A stretch of 39,907 nucleotides of DNA from Nemertoderma westbladi (lineage: Eukaryota; Animalia; Xenacoelomorpha). Made by a program: the position numbers and the translations under genes. The stretch is from NCBI GenBank assembly GCA_032718475.1, contig JAUCBJ010002238.1, positions 1-39,907 on the forward strand, written 5' to 3'. Shown in pieces: positions 23,100 to 34,359 of this stretch. Within the stretch, counting starts at the first letter, position 1. Every line of letters starts with the position of its first letter. The notes under the pieces were generated by a model. That model was given only the letters and a program-made list of their open reading frames with translations. It ran no database searches and was not told the DNA's origin.

Positions 23100-23760
23100 A
23101 TGGTCTCGTTTTTTGGAACCATATTTCACTGCCGCGTTTTTGTCGCAATAAGGACCTTTTTCGCCGCGTGGACAAAAACACTGCGATAAACAAGTCATCG
23201 AAAATGATCTTTTTACTCAATCTATTTGATTTTTAAATAATATTAGTATGAATCAAACCTAAATTAATATAATTACTTATTTTAAAATTAGTTATAACGG
23301 AGTATGGCTATTTATAGAAATTACCATTTAAATCACATGTGCTCAAGTGTGTGTGTACTCACCAGCAGGTGATGCCGATGTACAGATGGAGTATGTTGAT
23401 GACTTGGAGTTTACAAAGTTATATTATATTCTATCATCTAGTTCTAGTGACGATGAAGATGATCCTAGTCCAAATTTGTCTAGGGATGATGTCCTTCCAG
23501 TCAATAGTAATGTCGTAGGGAAACATATGAGGAAGCCTGGCAAGGGGCGAAAAATATCCAACCAAGCAGCATGGAAATGTAATGTGCGTAAGTCCGTTCG
23601 CGACATTTAAATATCTATCTATCATACTTTATAAGAAGAAACACCATTCAATAGTCGAGGAATCATGTGAGTTGTTCTGTTTCTGTAACAAAATCCTAGA
23701 GGTACACACACAGACTAGAGCAATGTTAAATTTCAGTATGTGTTATTTTGCCTCTTTGGA
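23100..23760 (+). mobile_element. Possible DNA transposon relic (5' part of an acidic/basic transposase-like ORF, possibly Sola-like)
   Basis: SSSSDDEDD followed by KGRK..NQAAWKCNVRKSVR resembles N-termini of invertebrate transposon proteins. No catalytic motif seen. Confidence 0.3.
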
Positions 23761-24182
23761 AAATAACAAAAAAAAACGTGTTTTTTTTTTCATTAACAAA
23801 ATTTATTCTGAATGCTAGCCACTAATATACTGTAAAATGTATCATTGTATCTTCCCAGACCTCTGTCGAAAAAATTAGGAGACGGGATCCATATAGAGGG
23901 AAATGAGAAGGTTTTTTGAATTTTTCTCGAAAGCACATTTTTTGGTGATGGTTGTTCTGGCTCTTTAGGCAGGATAATAAGATAAGGATACATGAATAGA
24001 TAAGGACTATTTAATAGTTTATAAATTAATAAATATGGAATAAACAAATCTTATATCAATATGTCTGTTGATGTTGATGTCTCATGTAATTATAATTTAT
24101 TAAAATAATTCGTTATAACTGCGGGATCATTCAATCCACTAAATCCGCAAGTGTATATAAATAACATGAGATGTTAATTCAA

Positions 24183-24665
24183 AACTAGAAAGCCAGCAAG
24201 CTGGCTTTAAACGAACCTGCCCCTCAAACCAGTACCCAGAGTGAGCGAAAATGAAAACACGATAATTGCTATCAACTCAATGATAGAAACACCAGCTGCT
24301 GGTACTCATGTGGGCCTAGTAAGCTACTACTATTTTTTGAATGGATAGCCCAAACTCCAGAGAAGTATATTACTTGCCAAATTTATTACTATATCACTCT
24401 AACCCAGACAGTAATCAAACATCAACTGTTATTTTGTATAATGTATTACCCCACCAGATTAATAGCTCTTCCCAGTGAATCCTATGACAATAATCTATAA
24501 GGGTACTCACTGCTATGTTAGATGGGAGGCCAGGTAATTGAATTGTAGGCACTGGGCCGTTTAAATGGTTTATAGGTTGATGATAATAAATGATTAAGGA
24601 CCCAACTAACACTACGTTTGTCTATGTACGGTCTCCTTATAGCCAGCTGGCTGGCTTTTCTAGTT
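24183..24665. mobile_element. MITE-like element with imperfect TIRs of about 24 bp
   Basis: AACTAGAAAGCCAGCAAGCTGGCT at left; AGCCAGCTGGCTGGCTTTTCTAGTT at right. No clear TSD. Confidence 0.7.
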
Positions 24666-25368
24666 GAATCATATAATTCTGAAACCAAATAATTTACTCT
24701 TTTAGACGAATTTGTGCGTTTTTTTGCCGGACCAACAAATTTTGGCGACGTTCTGTGCGAGATTGGCGATATTTGAAAAGATTCTGAGGCTCAAATAGGT
24801 TGCTCATATGACTGAATAGCCCAAATAAAAAAGTTGGTGCATACTCGACGAGTTGAAATCGGTGAAATTCGACATTAAATTTTCAAAACCGCTATTTTTC
24901 AGTGATCCCGTGATCGAAACGCTACAAAAAATATACAGTCTTGTGCGCAACAAAAATCTATGTAGAGTTTGTTATTAAATTTTTTGCGTACCTACTTAAG
25001 TTTTTGAGATATTGGATGGATGTACATACACACACACACAACCAACCACATCGTGTTTTTGAACGGCTCAACTCTTGACAAAAACTACCCTGGCCTATTA
25101 ATAGGCAGGTTCGTTATAAGCGTTGAGAAATGCTACTTATAAAAGAGCATATTATGTATGTATGAAAATAAAAAATATATACATAAGATATTTATCTATA
25201 CAACCAAAATTTTAATAATTAAGTAACAATATAAAAGCGTTAAAGTAAATAAAAAATCAATAACTAAGTTCTTTACGCATCACTTACAATGCCTGTACAA
25301 AGTCGCATGGCGCATTAGTTTAAGGTATTTATATTATTTACAATTAAATTGCTATTTTTATCAATAAA

Positions 25369-26277
25369 CTACAATGAGTCGATTTTCATATTGAAGTGAT
25401 AAGAACCAGAACGGATAATCTTGCAATCTTGTTTCGGCCTCTCGTTGTAAGTAGAAACGGATTCCAAAGCCTCTAACACAGAGGAACCTTCGACAAGTTG
25501 TCCGAAGGACACAGACTGTCTGTCCATCCAGGGGGTCGGAGCCAGGGTAACGTAGAACTGGGACCCGTTGCTATGACGACCATTGTTAGCCATTCCTAGG
25601 CGACCGCGTCGGGAATGCTCCACGGCGAAACATTCGTCCTCGAATGTGGCCCCGAACACGGACCTGCCGCCGCAGCCCCTGCTGGCCTCCAGGTCGCCGC
25701 CCTGCACCCACCCCCTAGGCACCACACGGTGAAACAAAGTTCCCTCGTAATGCAACTCAACCCCATCGGAGCTTCCGGCGTCCCCGGTACAGAGTTTCAC
25801 GAAATTCTCGCAGGTCTTCGGGCAGACTTCCCGGTACAACTCGAACACCATCCTTCCTTGCTCGGAGTCGTCGATATTTACATCGAAGTAAACGAAATCT
25901 TTCTGAGGGTCCGATATGTAGACCTCGTAAGCTTCGTCTGCCATCGCTCTGTACAGGTCGTCTGCTTGGTCGCGGTAGTCTTGGTAATCGTGTTTATCTT
26001 TAGCCCACGTCACGAAGTCGCCGCAATCCCCTTTGAGTTCCAAGTCCACGAACACCATGGTGTGGGCGGTGAACGCCCACGTCTCGTCACGTAACTCTAT
26101 GCGTTTCGCTTGAAGGAACTCAACCCAGGCGGTTTCTGTGAGCGGAACAATGACGGGAGTTGAACGGAAGACCCCAGGGTTCCGTCCGCTTAGATCTTCA
26201 GCCGCGCATTTCGCTTTGTGGAACTCGGGTTTATCCAGCCGTCCGTACACTTCCAGTTTGCAGTCGTTTGTCGGCAT
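25369..26277 (-). CDS. PPIL6: PPIL6-like cyclophilin (peptidyl-prolyl isomerase-like 6), 302 aa, single exon
   Basis: C-terminal cyclophilin domain (VYFDV, CPKTCENF, FHRVVPRGWVQGGD, GMANNGRHSNGSQFYVTL) plus the PPIL6-type N-terminal extension (FHKAKCAAEDL, WVEFLQAKRIELRDETW). Confidence 0.9.
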   Translation of the reverse strand: MPTNDCKLEVYGRLDKPEFHKAKCAAEDLSGRNPGVFRSTPVIVPLTETAWVEFLQAKRIELRDETWAFTAHTMVFVDLELKGDCGDFVTWAKDKHDYQDYRDQADDLYRAMADEAYEVYISDPQKDFVYFDVNIDDSEQGRMVFELYREVCPKTCENFVKLCTGDAGSSDGVELHYEGTLFHRVVPRGWVQGGDLEASRGCGGRSVFGATFEDECFAVEHSRRGRLGMANNGRHSNGSQFYVTLAPTPWMDRQSVSFGQLVEGSSVLEALESVSTYNERPKQDCKIIRSGSYHFNMKIDSL

Positions 26278-27427
26278 AATTAAAGTATCGATAAGTAATA
26301 ATAACCGATATTAATATTCAAAATGCAAATGGTAATTTCTTCTTGTAAAGTAATAACGTAATGTACCATGTAATCCCGCTATCTTTATATAAATTATTCA
26401 GATAATTATACGCCTGGTTTTTATTGTTATAAAATAATTCACAATTTAGATATTACAGTATTAGGGTTGGGGTAGGTCCTACCAACTTTTCGTCTATTCG
26501 TTGCCACAAACAGGTTTCAATATTTAACACTTAAACTGAATTGCGTATATTATGTTAACAGTAGCAATTGCATTATGACCGTCGTACTGCTGCACTGTAG
26601 GCCTACTGACTGACTGTAGGACTGTAGCTGTACAAGCCCTATAACTAACTGTAGTGATATGTATTTATTTTGCTTTGGAAACCGCTAATAAACAAGTTCG
26701 AGTTCAAACAAAGATAATTTGTACTTTACAGTAGGCCTACTGTGTCAAAATTTGGGACTATTAGAAAATATAATTACATAATGCTGTAATGAAGTACTGC
26801 AGTACCGACAGAAGCAGGGTGGCATAAATATACAGACAACAAAGTGCAGAAGAGTTGCAGTACAGCGCAGTACTGCAGTATGCAGTACAGCAGTACGTAC
26901 AAACTACGTGACATGAAAGAAGATAACGGTACCATAAGGATAGCAGCATAAGACTGTAAGATGAGCTTGTTGTGTGTAATCGTTTCATGTTTGAGAATTG
27001 TTTATTGACATAGCAACTGTATCTACGGGAAATTTCAGACAAGGTAAAAATCATTTTGAGATACCTCCAAATGATCCCGCATGCTCTATGCGTTATTTTA
27101 GATTTAATTTAAACAGCGTAATGTTTTAGAATTTCTACGAGAGTTTTTAATATTATTATGGACAACTTTCCTCGGAGTTATATGTTACAATAATGGTAAA
27201 CACGCGTAAACTCACACAGATAGGTCTCCTTATTCAAAGGCGAAAAAATTAAAAATAATACACCCCCTGTTGCAATAGTTTATTAATGCACTGAAAGTTT
27301 GAAATGTTGTAGAATAGTAAATGGCTATAGAGTACTCCAGGTCTTGGGTATATTATATTCAATTGTGCTAGCGTCATGATAGCCATTATAGGCGAGGTGT
27401 ACTGTCAGTAAGTTTGTTAACAGTATA

Positions 27428-27665
27428 CAGTACACAGTACACACAGTACACACAGTACACACAGTACACACAGTACACACAGTACACACAGTACACACAG
27501 TACACACAGTACACACAGTACACACAGTACACACAGTACACACAGTACACACAGTACACACAGTACACACAGTACACACAGTACACACAGTACACACAGT
27601 ACACACAGTACACACAGTACACACAGTACACACAGTACACACAGTACACACAGTACACACAGTAC
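27428..27665. repeat. 9-bp minisatellite (CAGTACACA)n, about 26 copies
   Basis: Read directly; explains the TQY/CTV/YCV/VLC repeat ORFs. Confidence 0.97.
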
Positions 27666-28636
27666 TGTATAGTAGCCTATATACTGTATATATTGGCCGT
27701 GCAAAATAAAAGTTACGCGAAGTCAATATACTGTTACACTACCGGTAGAGTTAAACTGCAAAGGCTTCTTGTGTCTGGGTGGGTGAAGTTACCGGTACTG
27801 TACTGTAGTTTACTGTAAAGTATTATTATTGTACAACCAATTTAACATGGGCGCTTTATCGTTTCCTATTATAAAATTCGCAATCCACCTCCATATTACA
27901 CTTTACTTTATTTATTATGGCTAACTCACTGATTTTATCTTCGTTTGTGTAACAACTACTGTAAATCCGTCACAGCACACTGAAAAATACTAAAGTTCAA
28001 CATTAATCAAACAGTCACTACACCATTAATTTGTGACTAAAGGGAAACCCAAGAAAGGCGGCGTTTTGGAGACGCAATCCTATTTTATTTTTGATAATAT
28101 ATCTACATCCATTACATTGTGAATTGATATTGTTTTTATTTATTTTATGGGAAATACAGTACTGTATGCAGTGTGATTTACATTGCCAAATGGCGAAGTG
28201 TGACGTATTTTCTAACTTTATATGTAGAATGTTTGTGTGTGATGTATTTTCCAGTAGATTTCGGTAGGCCTGCACAAAATTATAAAATGTCTGGAATTCG
28301 AACCAATAGGTAGGCCTATGGTGACCTGGCTAGTTTATTTGTACGTAATTTCAACAGGCAATCGACGAGTGAACAGGCGAGCTATTATTTTAATAATAAC
28401 TCTACAGTAGTTAGATAAATATTTATTCCATTGAATTCAGAACCCCCGTAAACCTCTAAAATGCGAGAAATAAGTTTCCACAATCAATTGAACTATTGAA
28501 TGGATTTTCAAAATATATTTATAAATATAGATGTTACAATCCATATTTCATGAAATTAAAATTTTCAAAAAAATCAACTCATAATAGAGTGCCAAAAATC
28601 GGCTTAAAAAATGATGCACAACTCGAAAACTTCCCA

Positions 28637-28694
28637 ATATTTTTAAAAACCGTTTTCACTATCCTATAATAGTGAAAACGGTTTTTAAAAATAT
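28637..28694. repeat. Perfect inverted repeat, 26-bp arms with 6-nt spacer
   Basis: ATATTTTTAAAAACCGTTTTCACTAT cctata ATAGTGAAAACGGTTTTTAAAAATAT. Confidence 0.95.
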
Positions 28695-29339
28695 AAGACA
28701 GTCGATTTTTGAGAAAAGTCGTATAATTTCAGATCCTCAACTGAGTTTGTTTCAGAGTTATAACAAAAAACCACGGGGGAGGGGGGGGGGGGGGGGGGTG
28801 GTCATATTGACCCCCTCCGGCCCGGGTTTAATAGGATTTTAATGGACTATTTCTGTATTTATATAGGTCTTGTTAGAAGGACCTTGTGAACGAACGAACG
28901 ATTTGACAAATTAATAATCGTATTTTTTGAATTTTTTTATTCTCTATTATGAAATCGACATGTTGAACATGTAAACATTTCAGGGGAAAATTAAAGGGGA
29001 AACACCACGTACAATTCGCGTAAATGCTACTGTTACGATTATAGGTGGTTACACATAAACAGCAAATATATCAATAATGTTGTAATGTTACAACATGTAA
29101 TAATAATGTTACGACAGAATTTACAAAAAAGGGAACATAGTGGGGTGAAAGTATTAAATAAAATACGTTCTTAAAAGGAAAAAAAAAAGAATAAAATACA
29201 ACATAATATGATATTATGTTTCTTTAGTGGATCAAAAGTGAAGGTTCCGTTATCAGAAAAAATATAATAAGCATAGAAATTTCAATCTATAAATATATTA
29301 AAATTACAATAAGGACAAATGTAACAGGTCAACTTCTTT

Positions 29340-29740
29340 TATTTTATCTTTAAAAATATTAATATTGGAAGCACTAACGATAACGATATCTTGCGGCAGG
29401 CCATTCCAAATATCTACTGTACTGCACGATTTGAGAACGATCCTTTAGCTATCTGACGTCTGGAAAAGGACTTGTAAAGTTTTATGGAATGACCCCTTAT
29501 TAATATTTCTAACTGATATGAAAGAAGCTTAACTTGCCATTCATTGGCCCAGGTTTAGAGTACTGTGAGGGCATCTGCCAACGATTAGCTGGCTGAAGTT
29601 TTACTGTACAGTTTAAGGTCATCAGCAAATAATTTACAACTAACCCCAGTTGTAGGATTAACGAGTGCATCAGGTAAGTCGTTTACGTACAACAAAAACA
29701 ATAGCTGACCTAAGACACTTCCCTATAGTGTTTCTGGAGG
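29340..29740 (-). mobile_element. CR1/L2-type LINE fragment, internally deleted
   Basis: Minus strand reads VLGQLLFLLYVNDLPD, CKLFADDLKLYSK and the C-terminal RGHSIKLYK...FSNRAV motif. Confidence 0.85.
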
Positions 29741-30387
29741 GGATCCGAGTGATCTACTGTATTATTGATCAGATTAATTTAATTATTTCCTTTCACATAT
29801 ACCGCGGTAATATAGCTTCTACCATAAATATACACGTACTGTATATATATAAATATACAGTATAATATACTATAAAATATTTAGAAATGTATTGAGTAAG
29901 TTGGGTTACGGGGCGTTAATAAAATAAATAATAATAAATAAACATTTACATAGCGCCAAGTTTACGGTATAGTGTAGTAGTCTGTGACGCGCGGTATAGT
30001 ATTGTATTATTGGGCGTTAATAAAGTTACGATGCTATGAAATGATACAGTAGAAGCCAACAGTAGGCTACGCTAGTACTTCTGCCATCTGTCTTTTTGGA
30101 GGAAGGGTGGGGGGGGGGGGGGGGTCACCCTTAAGGTAACATTACTGTTTTTACTTTCCTTGAGTTTGTACAGTATGTGTAGTTGTGTTTAGTTTGTTTA
30201 TGTGATTATTAATTGTTTTACTGTTATATGCTAATTAACTTCGTATTACGTATCATGTCTCTCCACATACTGCACACACTATAGAGTAGACATGACGCTT
30301 TTTCGAAAATACGAATAATTGCTTTAATTAAAAAAGTTCAAGGGCTAAAATTCTGAAACTCTCTTCTTAATATGCTATCATTCATAA

Positions 30388-30819
30388 GGGACCGTCCAAG
30401 TATGACGTCAGCACTTTAGGGGGGGGGGGGTTGGGAAAATCTGATGACGTGCTGATGAGGGGAGGGGAGGGGGTCAGCCAAAATCTGACGTCAGCATGTT
30501 CATTTATAGGTGCTAGAAGAGATATAGCAGAAGAGTAAATAGCTTGCCTATTTTAATTGTTCGAAGCCCCCGAAGGCCCGTAGCACGACCTTCTGTTTCA
30601 GTTACCAGTCATCATGCTTCAGTGATTAGGACGATTTGAATGATTTACAAGTGATTATAAATAATCTTCATAATATATTAGTTTATTACAAATTTTTTTT
30701 TTAATCTGATTTAGGGGAGGGGGGGGGGGGGTCAACGCCTATCTGATGACATCTGATTTAGGGGAGGGAGGGGGTCAACATTTTGGGGAAAAGTGCAGAC
30801 GTCATACTTGGACGGCCCC
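30388..30819. mobile_element. PIF/Harbinger (Tourist-like) MITE with TAA TSD and G-run subterminal repeats
   Basis: TIRs GGG(A/G)CCGTCCAAGTATGACGTC at both ends; TAA at 30385-30387 and 30820-30822; internal CTGATGAC and poly-G repeats. Confidence 0.9.
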
Positions 30820-30959
30820 TAAATGTAATCTGATAAAGTTAGTTAGAACGATTATATAACTTTGCGGTCTTTTGCGGTAATTCGTAGGACCGATCAGTAC
30901 CGGTAGCTTATAGGCTACTGTAATTACTGTTTCAGTACACCCACCTTGCTCGGAGGCCA

Positions 30960-31100
30960 GGTAAAGTGATCGTTTATTGTTTTGGTTAGAAAAGCCCGCC
31001 TCTGTAACCTGCTCCTTTCTAACCCTCAATTGGTAAAGTGGTCGTTTATTGTTTTGGTTAGAAAAGCCTGCCTCTGTAACCTACTCCTTACCCTCAATTG
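30960..31100. repeat. Tandem duplication of about 70 bp
   Basis: GGTAAAGTG(A/G)TCGTTTATTGTTTTGGTTAGAAAAGCC...ACCCTCAATT occurs twice in a row. Confidence 0.9.
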
Positions 31101-31958
31101 GTACCAGTACAACATATAATGTACATAACTTCAAAAAATTGCCATCGCAAGTGGGTGTACTGAAGCACCAATTTTATATACCCATAAGCATAAATGTCCA
31201 TACGCTATTGTTAAAATACCCTATTCTGCTATTGCCAGATTGCTGTATTCCAGAATTCTGGTATTACTGTGTGTGTACTGCAGTACTGTATTACAGTATT
31301 ACCTTATTAGGCAGTTAGGCATACAGTATCTGAGTATTAGGCGTACAGTACTGCAGTACAGCAGTATTCCAGTATTGCAGTTTGGATATTTGATGTAGTC
31401 CTATCCTACTGCTGTACTGTCCTATCTGCGTATCTGCATATACACGTATACCTCTGTACTTGTATACATAGGCCTACATGCTATAAGCTGATAGGTATAG
31501 CATGTAATGTAGGCGGGCAATAGGTAAGTGCTTCTGCAGTTCTGTAAAATATAGCCGAATAGCAATAACTGAATAACCAGGAGATAACTGCAATAGCATT
31601 TGCAATTAGCCTGACTGCCTGATAGCCCCTTCCTTACAGACTTCTGGACTTACGCCTACGCCTACCAGCCTACCCCTGTACCCAGTCTGCCAGTTCAGCA
31701 GTTACCCGCTTCAGCGCTTCCCAGCTGCCAGCATACTGCTGTAGGCCTACTGCCTACTGACAGAATGAGCTGTACTGCATACTGACTGCCTGACTGCCTT
31801 ATCTAAACTAAATATATCTGTATATGGCTATATGCTGGTATGGCGTGTAAACTGTCCGACTGCTAGACTGGACTGGACTGTCGGTAGACATGAGACAGGT
31901 AGGCCTACTGGCAGACTGGCCTAGACTAATACTCTGATACTGTAATAATAAACTAATA

Positions 31959-32089
31959 ATGGATTATGATAAATTAATAGTAATTGGATATGGCTCAAAA
32001 TTATTTCGCGATGATGAGCGGGCAATGTGGGTTGAAAGAGAAGATCATTTAATTCCGTGGCCAGGGGATGCTTCATTACGAATCGACAG
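31959..32089 (+). CDS. SFSWAP: SFSWAP coding exon 1 (N-terminal part of the DRY_EERY domain); not in the ORF track
   Basis: ATG at 31959 reads [44 protein letters not shown], matching the SWAP consensus GY..KLFRDD...LIPW...IDR. Ends in AG|GTAAAC, a phase-2 donor compatible with the acceptor at 34359. Confidence 0.92.
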
Positions 32090-34359
32090 GTAAACCAGTA
32101 CCCACTCTCCAACTCCCTCCACTCTGCCACTCGCCTATTGCCTATCAGCCTATTATTAAGCTCGGCCTATCTGCCTATTGTATATTGAGCTGTATTCGTA
32201 TTCCAGTATTCCTACTGTCCTATACCCGGTATTGGATATTGCAGTATTTTGTCAGTATCTTATTTATTGTTATTTAGGCCTTGGGTGCTCTCACAATCTT
32301 ACATTCACAAATGTACTGCGTACTCTTACCGTTTGCAGGTTTGATTGCCATATACAGATATACGTTACTATCAGACTATGCCAGTATACAGGTATACTGT
32401 AACTGGAACTGGACTGAACGTACAATCAGACAATACACAGCAATATTGCAATGTCATAGTACTCGACTGCTAAAGTTAATATTATACTGTTATACGGAAA
32501 TAATAACCTGAAGCTAATAAATAAACTTAATATAATCACTATCACTAATGCCGTAGGTACCAGAAGCAACTTAACAGCTTAATCTGTAAAATTAACGACA
32601 CGAGGCCGAGGTTGTTCGCGCTTTTTTAACTTCCACACTTTTACTAACAAACAATTTGTGCAACTTTAGTATTCTCACTCAAATTTGGCCAGTAACATCA
32701 AAATATCAATGAAACTTGCGCGGTGTATGAGCCAACCAAAGGGAGTCTGATAGATATTGGCAGTATATAATAGGCCCCAGTTTATAAGGCGATTGATTCT
32801 CGCAATATAATTCCACGGGCTTACAGGGAATGCAGAATGTACTAACAGTTCCGTTTACGGTGTCGTGCTCAATATATCAAACGGGTCTATGTCTGACGGC
32901 AATTACAACATAAGGCTAAGAAAGATCATAATAGTCATGTCCTTTAGGGACATGGGTTATTAACTCTGACGGAAGTACACAGTTGGATATAAACTTCTGA
33001 CTAGGGGTAATTTTGTTCATGAATAACGTACCAGTATATATTACTGTTATTCTGTTATTACCGGGTGGTGGCTGCATAATAATATAGCGCATCCACACCA
33101 ATGCAATTGTACCAGAACTGATACTTAACCCACCAGCACTTACCACAATTGATGCAAATAACAATCAGTTCGGTAATTCCACTATTAATGGGTCTGCATA
33201 TCTATGAACATATATATATATACACCGATAAATATCAGTCAATCAACAGTCAGCAGTTACACAGCAAACTGTAACTGTACTCGGGTCAGTGTAGTATAGG
33301 TAATTAAAGTTCTGCCTGATGTCACTGGCTAACACAACATATGTGCTGTGGAAATGCAATGCACATACTGACTGATACGGTTGGTGCAACATGGCAATCC
33401 TAGGCCCCTATACTCGTTGCCAGTCAACAACCAATCAGCAGCCGCCATTTTGCAGAATCCACAACGCACAAAGAAAATCAGAATTTAGAAAGTGAAAAAT
33501 ACACTCATTGGTTTATGAGATTACAATGGATAAACACGGCCGGGGTAGGGGACAGAGTTTGGCGGCAATTGAAATTGGTGTTGAAGGACGCATAAACTTT
33601 TAAAGAGGTTATTATGCTAGGTTAATTTGCTGATATACTAAAGTCCCAATCCATCATTTGACGTAGCTACAAAGAGTGGACTCCACTACTAGAGACGTGT
33701 CTAGCGGCCCGTGAAGCAAGGCGAAGGAGACAAGTAAAAGCTTTTTCTTCTGTCTGATAATCAATTAGTGTGAGGGTAGTCCCGGTGGTGTACGAAACAT
33801 TTTCTAGACAACTTTAAACTAAAAGTATTATGTTGTAATCATCTAATGAATTATAACAATGTTCAATGTAAACCACGATATTTTTAATTAAATACAACAA
33901 TTATTTTATTATTATAACAGAGTACATTTCAGCTCACTTAGTACCAGATAGTCAACAGAAGTATTCTGTCTAACTAAAATTCAATCAGCTCGCCTGCCAC
34001 ATAACAAAGCACAGCGAGTAACCTTGTAGATATTCCATAGGATTCACTGGGAAGAGCTATCAGCTGGTCAAATCAAATTATAATTAGCAAGTCGTAAGAC
34101 TTGATTACTGTAAAAAAAAAGCTACTGGCTACTACCTACAGACCTAGAGCAAAAACGGCTCTAACGATTTTGATGAAATTTTGCATGAACCATGAAAATT
34201 ATTATATTATTAGTTAGTTGAAGAGGGTGGGTGGACTGAGTGGTGTCAAATTGAAAGATATACTTCATTACAATACAATAACCTATCAGGTAATATATTT
34301 TTATTATTATTGTTGTTGAGAATTTCTTAATTTTTACGTTTTTTATTTGAATTTTTCAG

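Noticed and set aside
25615-26094. 159-aa plus-strand ORF
   Set aside because: Antisense shadow of GC-rich PPIL6.
27325-27818. CTV, YCV, TQY and VLC repeat ORFs
   Set aside because: Artefacts of a stop-free 9-bp minisatellite, with no coding-like flanks or informative variation.
33400-33810. CCAAT plus GCCGCCATTTTG (YY1-like) motif and a hammerhead-like CTGATAA...CGAAAC segment in the SFSWAP intron
   Set aside because: The hammerhead core is mismatched and stems are not evident; the motifs alone cannot be told apart from repeat-derived sequence.
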